NCBI GenBank assembly: GCA_965207675.1
Contig: CBDBMY010000006.1
Location: 23,358 to 87,357, forward strand
Reading direction: 5' to 3'
DNA length: 64,000 nt
Source: Vicinamibacterales bacterium
GTDB lineage: Bacteria > Acidobacteriota > Vicinamibacteria > Vicinamibacterales > UBA8438
Shown: positions 45,086-54,622 of the stretch, one piece after another
Position numbering within the stretch: the stretch's first letter is position 1
Layout of the letters: every line of letters begins with the position of its first letter
Notes under the pieces: model-generated
Told to the model about the DNA's origin: nothing
The model's database searches: none
Seen by the model: the letters and a program-made list of their open reading frames with translations, nothing else
Made by a program: the position numbers and the translations under genes

Positions 45086-48000
45086 ACTGGACGGCACTGC
45101 ACGGGACGCTCCTCGGCCGCGCCTTCGAGAGCCTCCTGGGCCGGCCAGAACCCGGCGCGATGGCGTTCGTGCGCTGTCTGGCCCCGGACGTGGTGGCTGC
45201 GCTGGCGGCCGATGCGACCTTCGCGCCGAATGAGTGGCGCGTGTTGCGCGTGGCGGATACGGACGACGAGTCGAACAGGAGCACAGACGCGGACACGGCG
45301 GTCGAGCTGCGCGAGGCCAAGGGCGATGCGACGCTGCTGCTAGTCGACACAAGCCGGGCCGGCGCCGGCATGGACGGCATCTACAACGCCGCGCGCGAGG
45401 TCAACGAGACCGAACTGTTCGCGGACGCGAAGCGACTGGCGAGCATCGAGGTTGCGAACCGGCTATCACCCGTGCACCGTACCTATAGCGAACGCGCGAT
45501 CCGCAAAGCCCAGGGGGTGGGCCGCTACGCTAGCGTGTCGCCGTGGATGGAGTTCGACTTTCTCTGCCGCGTGGCCGCGCGCCAGCGCCATCCTGGCAAG
45601 TACCTGCATCTCCTTGGTCTGTGGCCGGTCGAGGTGGTGGCGGACGGAGACGTCGGTGCGGAACTCGCAGACTCGCGCCGGTTCGTGGATCGCCTGCTCG
45701 GCGTGGCCGCCGCCCGCCTCACCGTCCCTGCACGCATCGCATCGCTTCGGATCGCGGCAACCGGCGCACAGCGGCAGGATCTCGAACGCTTCCTTGAAGA
45801 AGCGGCGACCCGACCGTTGCGCGACGCCCTGCAGGCGCTCGCCGATCGACCGCATCTGTGGGTCGGGTCCCTGCCGGTCCACCCGCCCGACGACATCCAG
45901 TCCATCGAACTCACCTCTTGGCGCAACCGCAACGGGAAAATCGCCAGGTGGTCCGGGCTGATGGAACCGTCCGAGGCGGAGGCGCCGGAGCTCGTCCTGG
46001 ACCCTGACGCCCAGTCCGCGAAGGACTATACGAACCTGGAGGTCCGGTGGAAGACCCGGCCCGCCGACCTGGAGAAGAACGCCGTCGACTACCGCGTAGC
46101 GGTGCTGACGGACCAGGACGAGGAGCTGGCCTCCCGCGATGTCCGCCACTCCGCGCGCCAGCAGGAGAAGTGCCGGTTCAGCAACGACGACTTCTCGGCG
46201 CTGAGCGACGACGCCCTGCTGTCGGCCCGCGTGGTCGTCTCCGTCATCGGCCGCGACGCGATCGAGCGGCAGTCGAGCGAGGAGTTCGTCATCCGGTTCG
46301 GCGAGCGGCGTGATACGACGGCCGTCGGCGCGGGCCGGAAGGTCCGCACCTTCAGTGAAGGGCTCATCGAGGGCCCGGGACGAGAGATCGCGGCCGCGGT
46401 CCCCGAGAACCCCACCTGCATCGCCGCCGACGCGCGGGGCTTCGTCGTGCTGCGTCCGCCTGACGCGCGGCTCCGCAAGAGCTTCCGGGTGTTCCGCCCA
46501 CCGTTGATCCGCGACGTGGAGAGCGAGTGGACGAGTCGCCAGGGCGCGCTCGGACGCTGGCGGGTGCGCGTCCGGGCGTCGGGCGAACGGGCGGCGAGGC
46601 TGGAGTTCGTCCCGGCGGAGGGCGGAGACGGCACCGCGTGGGACCGCACCGTCGCCGCGAGCCGGCGGCTGGCGGAGCGGTTCCGGGACTCCGGCGGCGG
46701 AGTTGGCCAAGTCCACGACGACCAGTCCAGGTCGTTCGAGACGGTGAAGGGGTACGTGCTCGCGTGGACGGCGCTACTCGACGCCGGCGATCCGTCGCTC
46801 GCCATCTGCAACACGGTCGAAGTGCAGTCGCTGTCGGGGCAGACCATCGGCCTGATCGTGCTGCCGGCCCATCCCCTGCGCATCGCCTGGCTGGCCGCCT
46901 ACGACAACCTGCTGTTCCACGCCGTCTTCGACGAGGGACAGGCGCCCAGGCAGGTGAGGGACGAACTGCGGGGGCTCGACGGCGCGATGTTCCCCGCACT
47001 CCTGCCCAACCCGGCCGGTGGGGCGTTCGTCTTCGCCGACACGCTTGGGTTCCACGCGGTGGGCATGGTGCCCGATGACGACCGGGAGCCGAAGGCGGCG
47101 GTGGCGGTGCTCGCCCGCACCCTCGGCGAGAGCGAGTCGTCGGAGAGTGCACCCACCGTCGGCGAGCAGAGCGCTGCGGTCCTCGGGAACGAGATCGTCA
47201 AGTATCTCGAATGCCACGACTCGTCCCGCCTGTTGCGGTTGCACGCCCTCCGGGCCGGCGATGGTCTCACCGTCGCACGAGCCCTCGGCCGCGTGCACAA
47301 GCACTACGACGGGGACAGCGACGAGGCGGACGACGACGCGGCGGACATCGCGCGTGTCGAAACCGCAGCCGCCCCCGCCTTCACGCTCGACCTGTATCCA
47401 TCCCGCGAGCAGCGAACCATCGCGGGGCGGTTCATCGCGGAAGCGCGGGAGAAGCGGCGGAGCGGCGCCGGCGTTCTGACAACCGACGACCAATGGATGC
47501 TCGAATCGATCAACCTGCCCGGCGGCGTCGCCCTTCCCCGCCTCCGATGGGCGCGGAAGCAGAGCGGCGACCCGGAGACGGCGGCGCACCTTGCCGTCGC
47601 GTTCGACACGTTCGAGTCGCGCGTGGAGATCGACGCGGGGGACGCACCGGCCGCCCCGTTCCGGGCGTTCGGCCTGATGTCGTTCTTCGAGCGCGACTTC
47701 ACGGCAGCGCCGACCCCGTCCTGGCGCAGCGTCGTGCCGCGATCCGGCGGCGGCGAGAAGCACCCGTCGGAACGGGCCCACACCGAGCGGCTGGACCGCC
47801 TGGGCCAGCGGATCCTGGAGGCGGTCGCACGGCACGTCACCAAGGGTGACGGCGATCCGACTTCGCACACGGGATGGCGCTGGCCCTGGGGAGTCTCGAA
47901 CACGACCGGTGACGCGAATCACGGAGCCCCGGTACTTCGAACGACGATTCCACCCGAGAAAGCCGACAGCATCACGGAACTCCACCGCTTGTGCGACTGG

Positions 48001-49730
48001 GTGGTGACCCTGGATCGCAATGCTGGCATCGAGTACTTCGACTCGCCGCAGGACAATCGGGACATCTACGATGCCTACGTCATCGACTGCGTGCCGGAGC
48101 GCGAGGATCTCGGCTGCCTGCAGCTGATCACCTCGACCAGCAACATCGAGGAGGTGCACGACCTGCTCGACGAGGCACTGGTGCGACTGGGGCTCAGCCG
48201 CACGCGGCGGAACGCCGACTTCCTGCTGGAGCACCTCAAGTCGCTGAGCGGGCGGCTCGCCATCCGTCTGACCGGCAACGCCGCCCCGACGTCGGAACTG
48301 ATCGCGCTGGCCATCGCCCGCGCCAACTGCCGCCGGACGACGGAGAACGATGCCTGCTGGACGTCGCTGGAACGCGGCTTCCTCGTGCCGGTGGACGATG
48401 TGCGCGACCTGCTGCCGCCGCTGCAGGACGACGAACCCAACGGGGCCGCCGGCCGCGAGCGGCAAACCCGTCCAGACCTGATTCACGTCTCGACGCAGCC
48501 GCGCCGGGGACTCCTCTTCCGGTTCATCGAGGTGAAGCACCGGCGCCACCTGCGCCAAGCGCGTGCGCCGGAGCTGCTGCGCAGCGTCCAGGAACAAACC
48601 GCCGCGCTTCGCTCGCGCTGGTACGAGTGGTACGGCCACGAAGGCGTGTATTCAGCGTTCCGAGCGGTGCGGCGCGCCAAGCTGGCGCGGGTACTGCGCT
48701 TCTATGCGGACAAGGCGCACCGGCACGGTCTGCCGACGGAGCGATACGAGGAGATCGTCGCCGAGCTCGATCGCATGGTCGAGAAGGGCGCCGACTACGC
48801 CATTTTTACAGGCGCCGGACGGCGACCGCGGCTGGGTGTTCTGCCCCGAGTACGCAGGACAAGAGCCGCTGGAGATCTCGCCGGCCGGCTCCACGGTGCG
48901 GGTCTTCCTTTTCGGTCCCGGCCGATTGCCGGACGCCGACTTCCGTTTCGGGACGGACCCTACGGCGGCCGGAGCGGCCAGCCCGCCCGGGGGCGGGACC
49001 CCGGGCGACAAAGGGCGCGGGGAGACCGCCTCTTCTCACCGCGCGACGCCGACGGTCGCTGGAGGGGAGCGGACCGCCGGCGCAGCCACACCCGGTTCCG
49101 GCAGAGGGAGCAAAACCGCCGACGAAAGCGGATCCGGCTCGGACACATCCGATCCGAGCGGTCATGCCCCCTACGCAAGCGAAGTCACGCCGGACCCGGT
49201 GGACCCGACCGGCGGCGGAAGTGGATCCGGCCCGACCGCGACGGATCTGAACGGCGGTCGCGGTGAGGCATCGGGCGGCGACGGCAGCGCCGCGCCACGG
49301 CCCATGGTTCCCGGCGGCGACCCGACGCGCCCAGGGGGCGCCCCGGCCGCGGACGGCGTCGAGCCGGCCGAGGTCTCCACGCCGGTTCCCGCCATCACGC
49401 TGGGCGCGGACACTCTCACCGGCGCCGACGTGCAGTGGCCCCTGACCGTCAAGGGCAACCCCCACCTCCTCATCGGCGGCCTGCCCGGCATGGGCAAGAC
49501 GACCTGCCTGCTCAACCTGTGCCGGCAGATGGTGACCGCGGGCGTCCATCCGATCATCTTTTCCTACCACCAGGACATCGACGAGCGCCTGGTCGACTTG
49601 GTTGCCTCGGTGCGGTTCGTCGACTTCGACGGACTGGGCTTCAATCCGCTGACGGTGATGAACGCTGAATCCCCGCGAGCGTATCTCGATGTCGCCGGGT
49701 CGCTGCGTGACGTCTTCGGGGCCATCTTCC
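45082..49730 (+). pseudogene. 5' part (about 1550 codons) of gene C: large protein with a PD..EVK nuclease-like motif and the Walker A of a HerA/FtsK-type ATPase; broken by a 1-nt indel in a T5 run (48803-48807) and truncated by the IS21 insertion at 49730/49731
   Basis: Residues 1-1241 are in the frame of ORF 45082..49266. Sense then continues in the frame of ORF 48563..49759 (..LQAPDGDRGWVFCPEYAGQEPLEISPAGSTVRVFLFGPG..). PD-(D/E)XK-like block RPDLIHVSTQPRRGLLFRFIEVKHRRH (48472-48537). A Gly/Ser/Pro/Thr/Asp linker follows (about 48950-49387). Walker A LLIGGLPGMGKTTCLL (49475-49501). Confidence 0.8.
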
Positions 49731-49815
49731 TCAGTGGACGGGTCAAAACCGGCCATTAGTGGACACCGCAAAACCGGCCATTTCCGGCGGCCCGAGACGG
49801 GCGTTGATCTTTACT

Positions 49816-50571
49816 TCACGGCCCCTGTGTTCGCAAGGTCGTCTGGACCTTGGTGCGCCAGCTCCGGGGCCCGCACTTCAGCACGTGCGCGTGATGGAGG
49901 AGGCGGTCGAGCAGCGCCGTGACGGCGGCGGTGTCGCCAAGCAGCTTCCCCCAGTCGTCGACCGGCCGGTTCGAGGTGAGCATCGTGGAGGCCCGCTCGT
50001 AGCGGCGCATGATCAGTTCGAGCAAGTCCTCGGCCGCGGTGTGGGGCAGCTTGCGCATGCCGAGGTCGTCGATGATGAGCAGGGGTACCCGGGTCAGCTC
50101 GGCCAAGTAGTCCTTTCGGGTCTCGGCGAGCGTCGCCTCGGCGAGCTCCTCGAGGAGGGTGTGGGCCTCGCGGTAGATGACGCGGTAGCCCTGCTGGATC
50201 GCGGCGCGGCCGATGGCCTGAGCCAAGTGGCTCTTCCCCGTACCGGGCGGGCCGATCAGGAGCGCGTCCTCGCGCTGGGCGATGAAGCGGGCGGTGGCGA
50301 GCTCGAAGACGAGGGCGCGGTTGATCTTCTTGTTGAAGGCGAAGTCGAAGCCGTCGAGAGCGCGGTCGGGGTCGCGGAAGCGGGCCTGCTTGTGTCGCCG
50401 GGCGAGCAGGCGGTCCTGGCGCCGCTGGAGCTCGTCGGTGACGAGGGCGGCGACGAGGTCGATCGGGACCATCTGCTCGGCCTGAGCCTGCTGCAGGCGG
50501 GTTTCGAGGACGTCGGCCATGCCGGAAAGGCGGAGCTTGCGAAGGGCCTGGTCGAGTTCGACGAGATTCAT
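49816..50571 (-). CDS. istB: IS21 helper ATPase IstB
   Basis: 251 aa. Walker A LLIGPPGTGKSHLAQAIG, Walker B PLLIIDDLG. Its start overlaps the istA stop by 4 nt. Confidence 0.95.
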   Translation of the reverse strand: MNLVELDQALRKLRLSGMADVLETRLQQAQAEQMVPIDLVAALVTDELQRRQDRLLARRHKQARFRDPDRALDGFDFAFNKKINRALVFELATARFIAQREDALLIGPPGTGKSHLAQAIGRAAIQQGYRVIYREAHTLLEELAEATLAETRKDYLAELTRVPLLIIDDLGMRKLPHTAAEDLLELIMRRYERASTMLTSNRPVDDWGKLLGDTAAVTALLDRLLHHAHVLKCGPRSWRTKVQTTLRTQGP

Positions 50572-52157
50572 GACGGGTCTCCTGTTCTGCGGTCGATGAG
50601 ATCGCGGTAGAGGGTCAGTTGCCGGATGAGGGGGTCGACCTGGCGCAGCGAGAGGGGCGCGACGGGCCGGCGGTCGAGGTAACGCCGCAGGAAGCGGTAG
50701 GTGGGCACACCGAGTTCGAGGGCGGCGGTGGCGGCCTCTTCGGCGACGGCGGGACCGTGCTTCCTGGCCAGGGCGAGGACGCCTTGGATGCGGCGAAAGC
50801 CGGCGGCGCCGTCGTGACGGTGGATATGGTCGCAGATGGTGGAGATGGCCGGACCGGCCCGCTTGGCGGCGGCGAGCAGGGCGAGGGTCTTCGGTGGAGT
50901 GCGTGCGGGCCGGTCTCGGTCCTCGATGCGATGCCAGCCCCGCGGCGCGCGCAGGTGCTCACGGAGGAGCTGGCCGGTGTGGGGGTCAAGCAGCCGCACG
51001 TGGGCTGCGTTCCACTGGACGTGAACGCGGCGGCCGATCCAGCCCGGCGGCGCGCTGTAGTAGGCCGCCGCGACCTCGACGCAGCCGTCCAGATGCACGG
51101 TGCGGTGGCCGTACTGGTAGTAGCGGAACGGCTCGAGCGGCAACGGGCCGAGGGCCGGGCGCTCCTCGGCAAACATGGCGGCGACCTGGCGCTTGGTCGT
51201 GCCGTGGCTGCGGGTGTCGGCCCAGCGCCGCTCCCAGCGGTCGAGGTAGGCCTGGCCGTCGTCGAGGTCCTCGAAGCGGAGGCCGCGCAACGGCGTCCTC
51301 TTGGCGTGGCCGACGCCGGCCTCGACCTTGCCCTTTCGATCGGGGTCTCGGACGCGGCACGGCAGGGCGACGACGCCGTAGTGGGCGAGCACGTCGCGGT
51401 AGAGCGGATTGAGGGTGGGGTCGTAGATGTCGGGCGTGAGGACGCCCTCCTTGAGGTTGTCGAGCACGACGACACGTACGGTGCCGCCCAGCCGCCGGAA
51501 CGCCCGCTCGTGCAGCTCGGCCCAGACCTGGGCACTCGACCGGCGGACCAGCAGCCGCACCGACTTTCGCGAGTAGCCCAGGGTCAGGACGAAGAGCCGT
51601 GTCCGCCGGTACTTGCCGGAGTCGGGGTCACGGACCATCGGCCCGTCGCCGTAGTCGACTTGAGCTTCCTCGCCCGGGGCGGTGGTGATGACGGCCCGCG
51701 CCTCGAAGGTGGGCTGCTGTCGGAGCGTCGAGACGAAGCGCCGTACGCTTGCATAGCCAGCCGGGAAACCGTGGTCGTCGACCAGGTCCTGCCAGATGGC
51801 CATGGCATTGCGCCCGCGGCCAAGGGCCTCGGCGATCAGCTCGCGGTACGGCTCGCAGGCACTCGCTTGCGGCGCCCGACCAGGGCGGTCTTCGGACGCG
51901 GGCACGACGAGCGTCGTGCCCGCGCTGGCTGCCGGAGCCCTCGAAGAGTCGGTGGACACCTCCGACGAAATGGCCGGTTTTGCCGGATGCGCGGGCGGGC
52001 GGCCACGGCCCCGCACCCCCACGCCGGCGGCCCTCAGGTAGTGGCTGGCCGTCTCGCGGCGGACCCCGGTGGCCCGTTCGATCCGCCGCAGCGACCAACC
52101 GAGGCGCCCCAGGGCCAGGACCTGCTGTCGTTTCTCTTCAGCCAAGACGTTGCTCAT
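50568..52157 (-). CDS. istA: IS21 transposase IstA
   Basis: Track ORF 50568..52193(-). Start at MSNVLAEEKRQQVLALGRLGWSLRRIERATGVRRETASHYL (HTH). DDE-type core (..EEAQVDYGDGPMV.., ..VVLDNLKEGV..). Confidence 0.95.
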   Translation of the reverse strand: MSNVLAEEKRQQVLALGRLGWSLRRIERATGVRRETASHYLRAAGVGVRGRGRPPAHPAKPAISSEVSTDSSRAPAASAGTTLVVPASEDRPGRAPQASACEPYRELIAEALGRGRNAMAIWQDLVDDHGFPAGYASVRRFVSTLRQQPTFEARAVITTAPGEEAQVDYGDGPMVRDPDSGKYRRTRLFVLTLGYSRKSVRLLVRRSSAQVWAELHERAFRRLGGTVRVVVLDNLKEGVLTPDIYDPTLNPLYRDVLAHYGVVALPCRVRDPDRKGKVEAGVGHAKRTPLRGLRFEDLDDGQAYLDRWERRWADTRSHGTTKRQVAAMFAEERPALGPLPLEPFRYYQYGHRTVHLDGCVEVAAAYYSAPPGWIGRRVHVQWNAAHVRLLDPHTGQLLREHLRAPRGWHRIEDRDRPARTPPKTLALLAAAKRAGPAISTICDHIHRHDGAAGFRRIQGVLALARKHGPAVAEEAATAALELGVPTYRFLRRYLDRRPVAPLSLRQVDPLIRQLTLYRDLIDRRTGDPS

Positions 52158-52275
52158 GCCGCGCAGGAACACGCAGTTCCCGGCCGGCGTCAACGTCTCG
52201 GGCTGCTATCGGAAATGGCCGGTTTTCAACCGTCCACTAATGGCCGGTTTTGGGTGTCCACCGAGGCCATCTTCC

Positions 52276-52973
52276 CCGAGTTGGGCGATCTCCAGTGCGA
52301 GAGCATCCGCCGGGCGATCAAGGAGAGCTTCAGCGAAGCGGGTTGGACCGGGTCGCAGGCAGGAGCGCGGGAGCCGGAGTTCGGTCGTTTCGTCGAGATC
52401 CTGCGCGACCAGCCGAAACCGGACCGTGGACTGCGCACGCTGCTGGCGCGTCTGACCGAGCTCGACGACTACGGCTTTTTTAGCCCCGGAGAGACGCGCG
52501 AGAGTCTCTGGAAGAGCGATCGGGCGACCGTCGTTCGCATCCACACGACTCAGAACGACGCGCTGCAGCGGGCCTTCGCCTCGCTCGTGTTCTATGGCCT
52601 CTACAAGGACATGTTCCGCCGGGGCATTCAGGATCGGATCACGCATGCCCTGATCTTCGACGAAGCCCACCGGGCAGCCGGACTGAAGCTGATCCCGACG
52701 ATGGCGAAGGAATGCCGGAAGTACGGCATCTCGCTCGTGGTCGCTTCCCAGGAAGCCAGAGACTTCGACGCGTCGTTGTTCTCGGCCGTCGCCAACTACC
52801 TCGTACTGCGCCTGACCGAGGCGGACGCGAAGGCGCTGGTACGGAACGTCGCCACGGCGCGGCAGGAGCGCAGCCTCATCGACAAGATAAAGCAGATGGC
52901 CCGGTTCAGGGCGCTGTACTTCTGCGAAGGCAAGCAACGGCCATCGTCGGTCAGCCTTCACGCGCTGGACTGA
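52276..52973 (+). pseudogene. 3' fragment (about 232 codons) of gene C: Walker B and the C-terminal part of the HerA/FtsK-type ATPase
   Basis: Tail of track ORF 50619..52973(+): PELGDLQCESIRRAIKES...RVVRIHTTQNDALQRAF..ITHALIFDEAHRAAG (DE at 52659-52664)..KYGISLVVASQEARDFD..LVLRLTEADAKAL. It is in phase with the 5' part once the IS is removed. Confidence 0.85.
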
Positions 52974-53032
52974 ACGACCGGGATGGACGGATGTTCACGC
53001 GTTCGCAGGCCGTCGCGCAGCACCGCGGACGG

Positions 53033-53764
53033 TCAGCGTGGGCCGGCGGCCTCCAGCCGATCCGCGACGCGGCGGGCGAGGGTCCGCAAGAACCGGGCCT
53101 GAGCGGACGGGCTGCCCCGCGCGAACAGCCGATCGAGATCGGCGCGGATCACGCCGGGGAAGATGCCGCTTTCCTCGGCGGGCCGGCACCCTGCGGCAGC
53201 CCCGGCGTCCGGCCTCCAGATCGCCGCAGGTTCCAGGCGGTGTTTCGTCCAGACCTCCTCGACGCCCATTCGGAAGTACGGCCGGAGCTTGTGGCGCGAC
53301 CGCTGGCTGCGGTCGATCTCGACGACCAGGGTGGGCGGCGGCAGGCCGGTGCGCACGTCGACATAGTCCTCCACCTGCCCCAGCGCTCGCGCCGCCTCGG
53401 CATCCAGATAGAAGCTGGCGTCGGCCTCGAACGCGCCGTCGTCGCTCAACAGGCGCGTCGCCCCGGCCGGCCGCCACGCGACGTCCACACCGCTGTCGGC
53501 GAGGACGTCCTGGACGCGGAAAAAGAGTTGGCCGGCCGCCATCGTCTGCACTTCATGCGTCATGTCCGGCACGGCCACGAACTCGGCCAGGCCGGTGTGC
53601 TCGTCGTACCGGCAACGCGGCGCGTCGTCGTGGCCGGTCAGGCGGTCGAAGAGCGCGCGCGGCATCGCGACCTCGACCCGTACCGGGGCGTCGAGGCCGC
53701 CGGCCGGCGCGAGCTCGCCGGCCGGCCGGCGAACGATATCGGAGGCAACGGTCGGGGATGCCAT
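53033..53764 (-). CDS. Uma2-like PD-(D/E)XK protein, paralogue 1 of 3
   Basis: MASPTVASDIV...EADASFYLD...PPPTLVVEIDRSQRSRHKLRPYFRMGVEEVWT matches the Uma2 pattern (D.. hhhhE-x-D/S ..K..Y...GV.E.W). It aligns over its full length with 53805..54542 and 56175..56906. Confidence 0.7.
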   Translation of the reverse strand: MASPTVASDIVRRPAGELAPAGGLDAPVRVEVAMPRALFDRLTGHDDAPRCRYDEHTGLAEFVAVPDMTHEVQTMAAGQLFFRVQDVLADSGVDVAWRPAGATRLLSDDGAFEADASFYLDAEAARALGQVEDYVDVRTGLPPPTLVVEIDRSQRSRHKLRPYFRMGVEEVWTKHRLEPAAIWRPDAGAAAGCRPAEESGIFPGVIRADLDRLFARGSPSAQARFLRTLARRVADRLEAAGPR

Positions 53765-53804
53765 TCCTTCCGCCCTCAGCCAAAACCGCGGCTCGCTTCA
53801 TCCT

Positions 53805-54542
53805 TCAGCGCGGGTAAGCGTCGAGGATCCGCCGGGCCACACGGCGGGCGAGACGCCGGGCGTGCTGGGCCTGCTCGCGCGGATCTCCACCCGTGCAGAG
53901 CGGAGCGAGATCGGAGCCGGTCAACCCCGGGAGGACCACGCTGGCCGGAACCGACCGGAAGCCCTCGGCCGCACCCGCATCGGACGTCCAGATAGTGACG
54001 CCGTCCTTCCGATCGGAAGTCCACGTCTCCTTGACGCCCATCCGGAAGTATGGCGCGAGCTTGTGCCGCGACCGGCGGCTGCGGTCGATCTCCACCACCA
54101 GGTCGGGAGGCGCCAGACCCTTGCGCACGTCGACGTAGCCTGCAATCCCGCGGTCGCGCAACGCGCGTGCCGCTGCCGCGTCGAAGTAGAAGCTGGCATC
54201 GGCCTCGAAGGCGCCGTCGTCGCTCAGCAGGCGCAACGCACCGGTCGCCTGCCAGCCGACATGACGCCCGTGTTCGGCGAGCACGTACCGGACACACGAC
54301 ACCAGGTCGCCGATGGCCCAGGCCGGCCGCTCGTGCGCCACACCCGGCTCGGCCACGAACTCCGCGAGCCCCGTAAGCTCGTCGTACCGGCAGCGGGGCG
54401 CGTCGTCGTGCTCCGTCAGCCGGTCGAAGAGGTCGCGGGGCATGGCGACCTCGATCCGCACCGGCGCGTCGAGGCCGCCGGCGGGCGCCGGCTCGGCGGC
54501 CGGTGGACGAACGACATCGGGGGCAACCGTCGGCGATGGCAC
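53805..54542 (-). CDS. Uma2-like PD-(D/E)XK protein, paralogue 2 of 3
   Basis: Track ORF 53805..54563(-). A GTG at 54542 aligns with the ATG of paralogue 3 ((M)PSPTVAPDVV..). Core APPDLVVEIDRSRRSRHKLAPYFRMGVKETWT. A conserved 20-nt leader (gttgtg(t/c)tacg(c/t)t..cac) is shared with paralogue 3. Confidence 0.7.
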   Translation of the reverse strand: MPSPTVAPDVVRPPAAEPAPAGGLDAPVRIEVAMPRDLFDRLTEHDDAPRCRYDELTGLAEFVAEPGVAHERPAWAIGDLVSCVRYVLAEHGRHVGWQATGALRLLSDDGAFEADASFYFDAAAARALRDRGIAGYVDVRKGLAPPDLVVEIDRSRRSRHKLAPYFRMGVKETWTSDRKDGVTIWTSDAGAAEGFRSVPASVVLPGLTGSDLAPLCTGGDPREQAQHARRLARRVARRILDAYPR

Positions 54543-54622
54543 GTGTCGAGCGTAACACAACACCCGCGGGGTCTGCCGGGAGGATCAGCGGAACGGTCCG
54601 TCACGCGCTGGCGGCATTCCGC

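Larger units (their letters stand above)
49731..52264 (-). mobile_element. IS21-family insertion sequence (2534 bp) carrying istA and istB, flanked by an 11-bp direct repeat
   Basis: Imperfect terminal inverted repeats: tc(a/g)gtggac.. at both ends, and two copies of aaaaccggccat in each end (49731-49786 and 52209-52264). The direct repeat ggccatcttcc occurs at 49720-49730 and 52265-52275. Removing the element plus one repeat copy restores the gene C frame (..DVFGAIF-PELGDLQCE..). Confidence 0.9.

Noticed and set aside
48810-49266. Arg-rich C-terminal tail of ORF 45082..49266 (..GRRPRLGVLPRVRRTRAAG...RRKWIRPDRDGSERRSR)
   Set aside because: It is out-of-frame read-through after the T5 indel. 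The +1 frame carries the protein-like continuation and the Walker A motif.
38613-52973. Calling the operon a canonical Dnd (DptFGH) or Pgl/BREX type 2 system
   Set aside because: No dndA-E/sspA-D modification genes and no pglX/pglY/pglZ are present in the window. Gene A combines features of both systems. The resemblance rests on architecture only and has not been verified by any search, so the operon is kept as a candidate new system.
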